Source of the DNA: Polyangia bacterium
Lineage (GTDB): Bacteria > Myxococcota_A > Polyangia > Nannocystales > Nannocystaceae
DNA: 64,000 bases
Reading direction: 5' to 3'
Assembly (NCBI GenBank): GCA_030429545.1
Contig: JAUIFF010000001.1
Span: 83,599 to 147,598, forward strand
Notes under the pieces: model-generated
Told to the model about the DNA's origin: nothing
What the model saw: only the letters and a program-made list of their open reading frames with translations
Database searches by the model: none
Part shown: positions 29,601-39,305 of the stretch, one piece after another
How the letters are laid out: every line of letters starts with the position of its first letter
How positions within the stretch are numbered: position 1 is the first letter of the stretch
Position numbers and translations under genes: made by a program

Positions 29601-32219
29601 ATGCCACACATCCGCCGACAACCCGGGGTTGTGACCGATAGCTCAATCGGTTGTACCCGCAACAAGCTCTGGTCGACCGCTTCGTTTTTCACCATCGCCC
29701 TGGCGCTGGCCGGGTGCGGCGACGACACGACCGGCACTGCGACCGATTCAGCCTCCGAGACCGACGGCACGACAGGTGGCAGCGACAGTCCGACAACCGC
29801 GGGGCCGACCACCCAAACCGGGACCGACTCGAGCTCGAGTGAGTCCGAGTCGGACGCCGGGACGACGCCGACAACAACTGGCCCCACGGACAGCGAAACG
29901 TCGGACTCCGAGTCGACTTCGTCCGACTCCGAAAGCGACAGCGAGTCCGACTCTGATACCGGCGAGCCCGTGTTGTTCAAGGCCGGCGTGGGCATGCGCT
30001 ACGTCGATGGACCGGTGGGGATTTCGATGGCCGGCTACGGCGGGCGGCTAGGTGCCAACTCGACACCGTGGAGCGGCGTGTTTTTTGGCACCAAGGGGTT
30101 TTACGGGTTTCAAACGGTCAAGGCGATGGTCGTCGAAGATGCCGACGGCGACCGCATGGCCCTGCTCAAGATCCCAACCATGAGCTCGGAGTCGTCGCTC
30201 ACCGACGGCACAGTGGCCAAGCTCAAAGAGCTCTACGACATCGACCTCGAGGGCCGGATTTTCACCGGGGCGACCCACTCACACCACACCAACGCCCGCT
30301 ACTGGCGGTTGCCCGACATCTTTGGCCCAATCGGTGCAGATACACACGACGAAGAGGTCATCGACCGTCTGTCGACGATTTTTGCCGGCGCCATCAAAGA
30401 CGCGATCGACGACCTCGATGCCGCCGAATGGGCCTACGGCTACCAAGACGATTGGGACCCGGGCGACCAAATTTACCGTGACCGGCGCAGTCACAACAAT
30501 CCCACCTACCCCAAGGACCCGCGGCTCACCCTGTTGGCGGTACGCCGTCCGGGCGGTGAGCCAATGGCCGCAATCGTCAATTTTGGCATGCACGGCATTG
30601 TGTTTGGGACCGACAACGAGTTGCTCACCGAAGATGCCCCCGGCGGCTTAGAGCTCAAGTTTGAGGAGGCGTTTTATGAGCACACCGGCTCGCCGATTTT
30701 TGGCATGTTCATTCAGTCAGGTGGGGGCGATGCCTCACCGTCCGGCGGGTTTTTGGGACACTCCAAAACCCAGAAAATCGAGATGATCGGCGAGACCGCT
30801 GCGCCGCGGATTCTCGACCTCTACGACAGCCTCGAGTGGCGTAACGAGGGGGATGTTGCGGCTCGCTCGCGGCGAATCGACCTGCGCTTCGACAAGATCG
30901 GCTACGACGACTACAAAGAATTCGAGGCACTCGGCGGCCTGGTCAAATACGAGTGGGGCGGGTTTCAGTGCCAGGTGCTCGGTGAGGACCTCAACGACGA
31001 CGACCCCAACACCTCGATGGAGGGCAAGGACAAAACCTGTATCCCGGTCAATACCCTGCTCGGGGGCGATGTCCCGCACCAGGAAGTGCACACCGCATTT
31101 TTGACCACCGGACACATCGGCGACTTTTACCTTGTGTCGATTCCCGGCGAGCCGGCCTACTCGGTGGTCAAATACCTGCGCGAGCAGGTCGAGGAGCGGT
31201 CGACCCCAGAGCGTCCGCTCGACGTCATGGCCTACGGTTATTCGCAGGACCACCTGCTGTACTTCACCCACCCCGACGACTGGTTTCAAGCGGGTTACGA
31301 GGCCGAGATGAGCCTGTGGGGGCCGCTCGCCGGCAAGTACATCATCGACACACAAATGGGCCTCGTCGATGAGTTGCTCGACGACATCACCGACCCGGTG
31401 TTCGAGGAAGACTCGCCCCACGACCCGCCCGGCAACTTTAGTCCGCGGGGGTTTGAGCGCAGCCTCAACCAAGGCGATGTGCTCGACGATGTTCCGCCGA
31501 TGGCCGAGCGAACCGAACGCATCCGATTTGGCTTTGGTGGCGGCGACCCGTCGATCGCCTCACCGATTGTCCGCGTGCAAGTCGATGCCGAAGACAACGG
31601 CACGTTTGTCGATGTGCCACACCCGGCCGGTTGGGCCGGCAAGGCCCTCGACAACACGCGCTACCACATGATCACCCACTACGACCCCAACCCGGGGCCC
31701 AATGGTCAGATCGCCGAATCGCGCTCGCACAACTGGTATGTCGATTGGGAAATCCCCGACGACCTCCCGGCCGGGACCTACCGCCTGGTTGCCAGCGGCC
31801 AATATTTTGATGGTAATACAACCAACGAGTTCGAAGCCGTCTCGAGCTCGGTTGTGATCACCCAGGCCGCCGCGGCCAACCTCGATGTCGAGCGCAATGG
31901 CGCGCAACTCAACCTCGCGCTCACGCTGCCACCGACGGTGTGGACAACCGAGGGCAGCTGGCCGGTCACTGGTTGGCGACTGTTTGACCACACCGTCGGC
32001 CCCGACGAGCCGATTCATGTACAGGCAACCCTCGCGCTTGAATTCCTGATTGACGGGCAAGTTCAACCAGGGACCTACACGGCTAATTTTAGCGATGGCG
32101 CCCATGCGTTTGACATGGGTGAGACCGGTATCGACCCCAGCACCCCGGGGTTGAGCGTACGCGCCTACTTGGCTGACGATATCGTCCCGAGTTTGGTGAC
32201 CGGTGTGATCAACCCATAG
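29601..32219 (+). CDS. neutral/alkaline ceramidase family lipoprotein
   Basis: Lipobox (ALALAGCG) and acidic T/S-rich linker. Ceramidase-like core (AGVGMRYVDGPVGISMAGYG..., ...TGATHSHH...). Confidence 0.65.
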   Translation: MPHIRRQPGVVTDSSIGCTRNKLWSTASFFTIALALAGCGDDTTGTATDSASETDGTTGGSDSPTTAGPTTQTGTDSSSSESESDAGTTPTTTGPTDSETSDSESTSSDSESDSESDSDTGEPVLFKAGVGMRYVDGPVGISMAGYGGRLGANSTPWSGVFFGTKGFYGFQTVKAMVVEDADGDRMALLKIPTMSSESSLTDGTVAKLKELYDIDLEGRIFTGATHSHHTNARYWRLPDIFGPIGADTHDEEVIDRLSTIFAGAIKDAIDDLDAAEWAYGYQDDWDPGDQIYRDRRSHNNPTYPKDPRLTLLAVRRPGGEPMAAIVNFGMHGIVFGTDNELLTEDAPGGLELKFEEAFYEHTGSPIFGMFIQSGGGDASPSGGFLGHSKTQKIEMIGETAAPRILDLYDSLEWRNEGDVAARSRRIDLRFDKIGYDDYKEFEALGGLVKYEWGGFQCQVLGEDLNDDDPNTSMEGKDKTCIPVNTLLGGDVPHQEVHTAFLTTGHIGDFYLVSIPGEPAYSVVKYLREQVEERSTPERPLDVMAYGYSQDHLLYFTHPDDWFQAGYEAEMSLWGPLAGKYIIDTQMGLVDELLDDITDPVFEEDSPHDPPGNFSPRGFERSLNQGDVLDDVPPMAERTERIRFGFGGGDPSIASPIVRVQVDAEDNGTFVDVPHPAGWAGKALDNTRYHMITHYDPNPGPNGQIAESRSHNWYVDWEIPDDLPAGTYRLVASGQYFDGNTTNEFEAVSSSVVITQAAAANLDVERNGAQLNLALTLPPTVWTTEGSWPVTGWRLFDHTVGPDEPIHVQATLALEFLIDGQVQPGTYTANFSDGAHAFDMGETGIDPSTPGLSVRAYLADDIVPSLVTGVINP

Positions 32220-32436
32220 TGCGTTGCGCGAAGGTGGGGTGCCGGTCGCGGATTTTTTCGCCCGGTGCCCCATTTTTATACACCTCGAACGTTTGTGCGC
32301 TTGTATGTGCATCGTACTTGCGGTAACGCGCGAACTCTCTTGTAGCCGCACACAGATCGGGGCGACATAGCCGAGAGGTGACTTCAGATGCGGGTGTACC
32401 TCCCGTAAGCCCCCACGGCCTGCTACCCTCGCTGAG

Positions 32437-33357
32437 ATGTCCTACCGAACCTGTAGCCGGATGTTGGGCGCAATCGGATGTGCTTGGGTGCTGGCAGCCG
32501 CGTGCTCGAGTGAAAGCAACGACACCCTGACGCTCAGCGGTGGCACTGCAGTCACCACCATCACCTCGAGTACATCGACGACCGAGACCGGCAGTGAGAC
32601 CGCGCAAAGTACCGGCGATGAAACCACCGAGGGCGGTAGCGACAGTTCGACGACCGCCATGGACGGGTGTGGGGACGGTGTCTGTGGCGGACTCGAGTAT
32701 TGCGCCGTCTGCCCAGAGGACTGTGGCAGCTGCCAACCGGGCTGTGGCGACGGTTTTTGTGGTGCGGGCGAGGATTGCAACAGTTGCGCCGAGGACTGTG
32801 GAGCGTGCCCCGACTTTTGCGGCGATATGGTGTGCAGCGAGCAGGAAACCTGTCAGTCGTGCCAGGCCGATTGCGGAGCGTGCCCCGAGTTTTGCGGCGA
32901 CGCGATTTGTGCCGACAGCGAAACCTGCGAGGACTGTTCGCTCGATTGCGGGGAGTGCCAACCATCCTGCGGAGACGGGATGTGCCTCGATGCCGAGACC
33001 TGCGTGAACTGCAAAATGGATTGCGGGGAGTGCCCGGCAATTTGCGGCGATGCCCAGTGTAACGGCGACGAAACCTGTGCGACCTGCGAAAACGACTGCG
33101 GCACCTGTGCACCGGTTTGTGGCGACAATGAGTGTAACGGCAACGAATCGTGCAATACCTGTGCAGCCGACTGCGGGATGTGCCTGTGCCCCTGCAGCAA
33201 CGACCCCGAATTTAGCAATTTTTGTCACTACGGGCCCAACACGCCCAATTGTGCAATGACCCAACCCGGTGGCTACTGCGACCCGAACGGCGACGGGAGC
33301 TACCAGGACGGCGACTGGGATCAGGGGTGGTATGACTACAACGACCAATGCAACTAA
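32437..33357 (+). CDS. lipoprotein built of Myxococcus-type cysteine-rich repeats (CGDGxCxxxExCxxCxxDCGxC x ~9)
   Basis: Lipobox LAAACS. Nine about 20-aa repeats, each with 5-6 Cys, as in the myxo_disulf_rpt family. Confidence 0.7.
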   Translation: MSYRTCSRMLGAIGCAWVLAAACSSESNDTLTLSGGTAVTTITSSTSTTETGSETAQSTGDETTEGGSDSSTTAMDGCGDGVCGGLEYCAVCPEDCGSCQPGCGDGFCGAGEDCNSCAEDCGACPDFCGDMVCSEQETCQSCQADCGACPEFCGDAICADSETCEDCSLDCGECQPSCGDGMCLDAETCVNCKMDCGECPAICGDAQCNGDETCATCENDCGTCAPVCGDNECNGNESCNTCAADCGMCLCPCSNDPEFSNFCHYGPNTPNCAMTQPGGYCDPNGDGSYQDGDWDQGWYDYNDQCN

Positions 33358-34720
33358 TACCAACAGGCGTTGTTTTGGTGTCGCGCTAGCGGTGGCGCTG
33401 GCGGGCCTGTCGGGTTGCTCCTCGGCCACAGACGACAGCGAAACCAACCCGTCGATCACCTCGGCTTCGGCGACCTACACAACCTCGACAACCGGGAGTG
33501 GCAGCGAAACCACCGATGGCGAAGGTTCGGACTCCGACGAAACCGTGGGCCCGACGTCGACGACCGCCGAGCCGACAACCGGGCCGACGACCGGACCGAC
33601 GACCGGACCAACCACAGGACCGACAACGGGCGACCCGACGACGACCACGGGCAACACCACCGACGACCCCTGTGGTGAACTCACCATGGGTTGCGACACC
33701 GACACGGGTAATCCGCTGCCACCCGATCCGTGTATGGACAAGCAAGACGGGCTCTACTGCGGCAGCAACCTCGGGGGCCTTGCCGACCACAACAGCATTT
33801 ACCAGTGCATGGACGGCAAGACCTTCAGTGCCCAACCGTGCCCGAATGGTTGCGAAAACAACCTGTGCAAGCCCGTGGTCGAAGACCCCTGCAGCTCGGC
33901 CCAAAGTGGGGATGGCCACTATTGTGGTGAGACCCTCAGCGGCGGGCAAGCGGGTGTGTTGTACGAGTGCCAAGGCGGCTCGACCTCTGGCACCGAAAGC
34001 TGTGCAAACGGGTGTCAGGTCAATCCACCGGGGTTTCCCGACGAGTGCAAGCCCGATGGCGACCTGTGCCAGTTCGCCGACGGTGGCGACGGGCCCTACT
34101 GCGGTGGCTCGCTCCAACCCGGGGAGTCGGAAAACATTCTGTTTGAGTGCCAAAACATGATGACCATTGGCGAGCAGACCTGCCCCAATGGCTGCATCAT
34201 GATGCCGCCCGGTGAGCCCGATGTATGTGCACCCAACGAGGGCATGAACGAGTGTTGCCTCGAAGTGCCGCCCGGCGTGCTCACCCAGGCCTTTACCGCC
34301 TGCGGTGGTGGTGGGTCGCACTATGGGATTGACTACGGGACTGCCGTGGGCACCCCGATTTTCTCAGGCATGGCCGGGACAGTGGTGGGACACGCCCTAG
34401 GCTACCCCAACTGTTACAACAACGGCTGTTCGATGAGCTGCTGGAATGCCTTTAACTACGTCAAGCTCAAGGCCGATTGTGGCGACCCCAACCAGCCCGG
34501 CAACGATTTTTATATCTACTACCTCCACATCGATGACATGGCGCCCGGAATTGGCAATGGCACCCATGTCGACCAAAACCAACTACTTGCATATGCGGGG
34601 AACTCGGGGTGCTCCTCGGGGCCGCATATTCATATCGAGACGGTTTCGGTTCCGCAGGGGCAAAATGCGGTGCTCAACACCTGCTCGTCGCAAAACCCGG
34701 GCGACCACTACTGCAACTGA
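33332..34720 (+). CDS. M23 (LytM-type) metallopeptidase lipoprotein with three N-terminal 'DGxYCG...C.NGC' repeat modules
   Basis: M23 motifs HYGIDYG...D and GPHIHIE. Lipobox LAGLSGCS. Start overlaps the preceding gene by 26 nt. Confidence 0.75.
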   Translation: MTTTTNATNTNRRCFGVALAVALAGLSGCSSATDDSETNPSITSASATYTTSTTGSGSETTDGEGSDSDETVGPTSTTAEPTTGPTTGPTTGPTTGPTTGDPTTTTGNTTDDPCGELTMGCDTDTGNPLPPDPCMDKQDGLYCGSNLGGLADHNSIYQCMDGKTFSAQPCPNGCENNLCKPVVEDPCSSAQSGDGHYCGETLSGGQAGVLYECQGGSTSGTESCANGCQVNPPGFPDECKPDGDLCQFADGGDGPYCGGSLQPGESENILFECQNMMTIGEQTCPNGCIMMPPGEPDVCAPNEGMNECCLEVPPGVLTQAFTACGGGGSHYGIDYGTAVGTPIFSGMAGTVVGHALGYPNCYNNGCSMSCWNAFNYVKLKADCGDPNQPGNDFYIYYLHIDDMAPGIGNGTHVDQNQLLAYAGNSGCSSGPHIHIETVSVPQGQNAVLNTCSSQNPGDHYCN

Positions 34721-34721
34721 C

Positions 34722-35588
34722 CTACTCGCAGTGAATCAGCACGGTCACACCCGGGCATGAGTTGCCGCCACCTCCGGCAATGTCGATGTCGGCACCTCCG
34801 GTGTAGGGCTCGGGGCCGGCACACCAGGTGAACGGGTCTTCCCACGTGCCGCCGGTGACAAGCCCCAAGTAGCCGCCGCCATAACTCAGCCAAACGTCCG
34901 CGTCGTAGTCGACACTGTTGTTGTGGTAGGTGATTTGCAAGGTCTCGTCGGCCGGAACCCACAACTCCATGGGGTCGGCCGAGACGTTGCAAAAGTTGTC
35001 GATATAGATGTCGACGGTGGCAAACGGATCAAACCCGCCAGTGTCCGAGTCGCTCGTGTCTGAGTCCGTTTGGCTGTCTGTGCCCGAGGTTTCGGAGTCG
35101 GTTGTGTCCGTGTCGGTGGTGCCATCGGTGTCGGTGGCCGAGTCCGACTCAGACCCGCCCGTTGCGTCGGAGTCGGTTGCGTCGGAATCGGTTGCGTCGG
35201 AATCGGTTGCGTCGGATTCGGTTGCGTCGGAGTCAGTTGAGTCGGAGCCAGTTGCGTCGGAATCGGTCGAGTCGGAGTCGCTTGAGTCAGAGTCGCTTGT
35301 GGGGCCACCGGTGAGGGAAACGCAGGAGCACGACCATTCGCCATTGATACACATGATGTCTGAGCACGACCAGTCGGTATCCGAGAAGCAGTTGCTGTCG
35401 AACAGCTCGCCACACTCGCCCGCGGTCCCGCTTCCCGTTGCTGCCGTTGTCTCGGTTGCGCTGCCGCCTTGTGTCGCTGTGGTGATAGTTCCGTCGGTTG
35501 TCGAGGTGTTGGCATCACCACATCCACAAAACAGGACCGAGCAGAACACAAGTACTGGAACAGGGCGCAGCATCGCTCGCATATACAC
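34722..35588 (-). CDS. secreted lipoprotein with (DSDAT)n acidic repeat linker
   Basis: Lipobox LFCGCG. 15-bp tandem DNA repeats encode DSDATDSDAT.... Confidence 0.55.
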   Translation of the reverse strand: MYMRAMLRPVPVLVFCSVLFCGCGDANTSTTDGTITTATQGGSATETTAATGSGTAGECGELFDSNCFSDTDWSCSDIMCINGEWSCSCVSLTGGPTSDSDSSDSDSTDSDATGSDSTDSDATESDATDSDATDSDATDSDATGGSESDSATDTDGTTDTDTTDSETSGTDSQTDSDTSDSDTGGFDPFATVDIYIDNFCNVSADPMELWVPADETLQITYHNNSVDYDADVWLSYGGGYLGLVTGGTWEDPFTWCAGPEPYTGGADIDIAGGGGNSCPGVTVLIHCE

Positions 35589-35669
35589 CGCGGGAAAGAT
35601 GTATGGCCACGGGGTTGATGTGAGAATGGCAATGCCCGAGCAAACACTTCGTGAGCCGGCCGACGCTCG

Positions 35670-36341
35670 CTAGTCACGACCCGCAACAACCGACGACAGT
35701 AGCCGCCTGCGCGAGCCGCTGGCTCCCCACCAAAGTTTATCGAGGGCGCGGCGATAGCCCGCACGGGTGGCGTGAAAGATTGCAGATACAATCTCACCAA
35801 CCTCGGGGTAGTGCTCTGTTAGCGACCCGACCTGGGTAGCCCCGATCCTTGCCAGCAATGGCCATGCCCGGCGGTTACACACCGGCTCGAGCACCGTGGT
35901 GGTCATGAGGTGTGCGTGGTCAGCAAACAACAGGTCGACCGTTTGCAAAGCCAGCAGCAAACCCGCCATCCGTGTGCCCAAGCCCGGGAGCACCGCGAGT
36001 TGGTCAAAGTAGGCAACGGGCTGGTCCAAAAACGGGGTGGGGTCGAAGGCCTGCCACTGGATCTCACTGCGGCGCGTCCACACGTCGGAGACGCGCAGGA
36101 CAGCATCGGGGAGGGCGGTGCTAAACCCAACGACACGGGTGTCGAGCAGGGCAACGCGGACAATTGCATGCTCAACTAAAAAGCGATAGCGGGCGGGTGA
36201 TGCCCCGAGCAAAAAACCTCCATCGCGGTTGGCACAAAGCCGCAGTTGTTGCTTGATCGCCACCATTGCGGGCACATCCTCAACCGTGGCCGCCCGCAGC
36301 AGGAGGCCCGATGTCGTCGTGGGAGTAGGGTGCAGATACAT
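35670..36341 (-). CDS. GNAT-superfamily N-acyltransferase (Acetyltransf_5/OlsB-like, putative N-acyl amino acid synthase)
   Basis: 224 aa. ATG overlaps the stop of the upstream desaturase (TAATG coupling). Confidence 0.6.
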   Translation of the reverse strand: MYLHPTPTTTSGLLLRAATVEDVPAMVAIKQQLRLCANRDGGFLLGASPARYRFLVEHAIVRVALLDTRVVGFSTALPDAVLRVSDVWTRRSEIQWQAFDPTPFLDQPVAYFDQLAVLPGLGTRMAGLLLALQTVDLLFADHAHLMTTTVLEPVCNRRAWPLLARIGATQVGSLTEHYPEVGEIVSAIFHATRAGYRRALDKLWWGASGSRRRLLSSVVAGRD

Positions 36342-37288
36342 TAATGATGAGCACCGGGCTGCGGCCCGGCTGCGTTGTCGACGTTGGAGGCGACGAGTGT
36401 CGGACCCCGGAGTTGTTGGAGGACAGCGGCAAAAAATCCCATCCGGTCCCCGCCATGCTCGGCGCCAGCGGTGGGTAGCTGGTACCAGGGGAGGTTGGGG
36501 TTTTGGTGATGGGCGGTGTGTTCGTGGAAATTGAGGAGCCAGTAGGCGATAAGTGGGTTGCGCTGCAGCGAGCGGACGTTTCGTTGGGTTGGCGTGCCGA
36601 TGCCGGTGCGGTAGTGGTAGATGTAGACAAACAGCGAATAGACCCAGGCAAACACGAGCATGGGGTAGCCGCAGGCCTGTGCCCACACCTCGGGGCCGCA
36701 GGTTTGATAAATCAGTGTGTGTACACCGAGCCCGGCGAGTAGTGCCACCCACGAGAGCAGCCGGTCACGGGCGCCCCAGCCCGAAAACGCCGGGGAGATT
36801 CGCCGGGCAACCTTGAGCGGGAGCAATAAAAACAGGACGATTGACACCACCGAGTGGATAAAAAATCCGCCGGCAAACACCGCACAAAACCATACGAGGT
36901 AGCAACAGGCGCGCCGGAGCGGGCCGGCCTGTGGCGAGACGACAACGATGTCGAGGGCCGAGGTGTGGATGTCGCGGCGGTTGTGGGCGTGGTGAAAGTA
37001 GTGAATCTTGCGATAGACCGGCAGTGGGACGAGCATCGGCAACAGCAACAGCTGGCCTAGGAGGTCGTTGACCCGCGGCCAACCCGGGAGCAACTTGCGA
37101 TGCACAGCCTCGTGCCCAACCACGTAGATCCGGTGGATCCAGCAGCCGGCAAGGACAATCGCCAGCCACCGCACAGGTGCCGAGACGCCGGCAACAGTCG
37201 CACAGCAGGCAAACACCGCAGCGAAGACAACGGTTTCGCAAACAAGGCGCGCTGTGATCCACGCGTGCGCGGGGTGGTATTCGCCCAT
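36341..37288 (-). CDS. membrane fatty acid desaturase family protein
   Basis: Three histidine boxes (HEAVHR, HHAHN, HTAHH) and multiple TM helices. Confidence 0.8.
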   Translation of the reverse strand: MGEYHPAHAWITARLVCETVVFAAVFACCATVAGVSAPVRWLAIVLAGCWIHRIYVVGHEAVHRKLLPGWPRVNDLLGQLLLLPMLVPLPVYRKIHYFHHAHNRRDIHTSALDIVVVSPQAGPLRRACCYLVWFCAVFAGGFFIHSVVSIVLFLLLPLKVARRISPAFSGWGARDRLLSWVALLAGLGVHTLIYQTCGPEVWAQACGYPMLVFAWVYSLFVYIYHYRTGIGTPTQRNVRSLQRNPLIAYWLLNFHEHTAHHQNPNLPWYQLPTAGAEHGGDRMGFFAAVLQQLRGPTLVASNVDNAAGPQPGAHH

Positions 37289-37408
37289 GGCCGCAGTATA
37301 TGCCGAACAGCCCTGCCGGCGCGTCCGTAGTTGAGCTGGCGATGGCTAGATTCGCGCGTCGATCGAGCCAAGATGTCTATACATGCAAAACCTGAGTAGG
37401 GGCCACGG

Positions 37409-38353
37409 CTAGGGTTGGGCGTGCTCGTTGACACGGATCCACTGCTGGTCGAGCCACGCCCGTTGGTCCCGGGCGTCGCGGGGAATGTCGGCCGCGCGCA
37501 CCCGCCAAAAGTGTACGGATATTGTTGTGCCTACAACAGTTCCAGTGAGTAGGTCCTGGGCCCGCATCATGCCCTCTAGGCCGCGATGGCTGCAAAACAC
37601 CACATCGGTTGTGCCCTCGGCAAGCAGGGCGAGGGCACCACCAGCACGGGGCGGGAGCACATGGGTGAGCCCGCTAAAAAGTTGGTGTCGCCCAGGGTCG
37701 GCCGCACGTACCCGTTCGAGGGCGCGGTTGCGTTTTTTAGGGGTAAAGCGGGTGCCCTCGGGGTAGATCAACACGCCCTCATCGGGTTCGAGCCCGAGCG
37801 CGAGTTTGCCAACCTCGCGGGCCTCGCGGGCCGTGTCTCCCCCGCGGTCGACAAAGTAGTTGGGGAGCCGATTGCCAACGACATCGAGGCACGGGTCGAC
37901 GAGCAGTTCGCGTTTGAGCACGTAGCGCAGGCGATAACCGAGGTTCCACGAGACGAGCGCGCCCGGCAACAGCGTGTCGAGGACGCTGGCATGGCGCATA
38001 AACAGGAGGACCGGTCCGCCGCGGACACAGTCGCTGCCGTGTATTTGTATGCGCATGGAAAATGCGCGGGTCACCGTTGTCAACAGTGTGCGGGTCCACC
38101 AAGCCTGCAACCGGTGGTTGCGATCGAGGTACCACCGCCAACTTGCCGCCTTGAGGCAGCGGTGGAGGACCCACAGGCCAAAGGCCGCCAGCAGACCCAA
38201 CAGCTCGCAGGTGAAGTAGACCCATACACACGCAAATAGCCGGACGCTGGCATATCGACGGTTGCCGAGGACGTCGCGCAGGACAAGCACGGCCACCCAC
38301 AACGGGGCAAACGCCGTGAGTGTGGCCCAGATGCCACAGTACAACCCGAACAT
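37409..38353 (-). CDS. lysophospholipid (1-acyl-glycerol-3-phosphate-type) acyltransferase, PlsC family
   Basis: HXXXXD motif (FMRHASVLD) and PEGTR motif (IYPEGTRF). Start at MFGLYCG, consistent with divergent promoter spacing. Confidence 0.75.
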   Translation of the reverse strand: MFGLYCGIWATLTAFAPLWVAVLVLRDVLGNRRYASVRLFACVWVYFTCELLGLLAAFGLWVLHRCLKAASWRWYLDRNHRLQAWWTRTLLTTVTRAFSMRIQIHGSDCVRGGPVLLFMRHASVLDTLLPGALVSWNLGYRLRYVLKRELLVDPCLDVVGNRLPNYFVDRGGDTAREAREVGKLALGLEPDEGVLIYPEGTRFTPKKRNRALERVRAADPGRHQLFSGLTHVLPPRAGGALALLAEGTTDVVFCSHRGLEGMMRAQDLLTGTVVGTTISVHFWRVRAADIPRDARDQRAWLDQQWIRVNEHAQP

Positions 38354-38502
38354 CGCGGGGCGGCGTATCCAGCGGGACGTCACGGGGGAATCATACAAGA
38401 GCAGGCAAGAACGTGGGCGCGCCGGATCTGCGCCCGATCGGAGATGGTTGTCGATTCGGCTAAAAACCGATTTTCGTGTCACGATGTCGTGGGAGCGCAG
38501 CC

Positions 38503-39294
38503 ATGGACATCTGGGAAGTTTATTTTGGCGGGCTATTTTGGCTGATGACGGCCATGACCCTGTTGTGGGTGTGGAGTGTTCGCCTGCGCAATGCCGGGAT
38601 CGTCGATGTCTTTTGGGGGTCGAGCTTTGTCCTGTCGGCGGGCTACTACTGGCTACACACGCCCACGGGAGATCCGCTGCGTAAGGCGATTTTACTGGCC
38701 TGTGTTGCGATTTGGGGACTGCGCCTCACGCTCCACCTGGCGTGGCGAAACCACGGTCCGGGGCGCGGGGGTGAGGACTTTCGCTACCAGGCATTTCGCA
38801 AACACTACGGTCCCGAGCGCTACTGGTGGGTCAGCCTGTTTCAGGTATTTTGGCTGCAGGGGCTGCTCTCGTGGTTGGTCTCGGCACCGTTGCTCGGCGC
38901 CCAATATGCATCTACACCATTTTCCTGGCTCGACGTCGTCGCGGTGTGCGTGTGGCTGGTCGGGTTCGTGTTTGAGGCGGGCTCCGACCTTCAGCTCGCC
39001 CACTTTCGGGCAAATCGTCGCCATCCCAAGCAGCTGTTGACGACCGGGTTTTGGCGCTACACGAGGCATCCCAACTACTTTGGCGATGCAGCTTGCTGGT
39101 GGGGCTACGGGCTGTTTGCCGTGGCTGCCGGCGCGCCGTTGTGGGCCGTGGGTTCGCTGTTGATGACGGGACTCATCGTGCGGGTTTCGGGCGTGGCCAT
39201 GCTCGAGCGCTCGCTCAAGCAGGAAAAGCCGGGATATGCCGAGTATGCCCGGCGGACGTCCGCGTTTATTCCGTGGTTTCCCAAGCGCAACTAA
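38503..39294 (+). CDS. DUF1295 / steroid-5-alpha-reductase / ICMT-like membrane methyltransferase-fold protein
   Basis: RHPNYFGD signature. Polytopic membrane protein. Confidence 0.7.
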   Translation: MDIWEVYFGGLFWLMTAMTLLWVWSVRLRNAGIVDVFWGSSFVLSAGYYWLHTPTGDPLRKAILLACVAIWGLRLTLHLAWRNHGPGRGGEDFRYQAFRKHYGPERYWWVSLFQVFWLQGLLSWLVSAPLLGAQYASTPFSWLDVVAVCVWLVGFVFEAGSDLQLAHFRANRRHPKQLLTTGFWRYTRHPNYFGDAACWWGYGLFAVAAGAPLWAVGSLLMTGLIVRVSGVAMLERSLKQEKPGYAEYARRTSAFIPWFPKRN

Positions 39295-39305
39295 AACGAC
39301 GCGAA

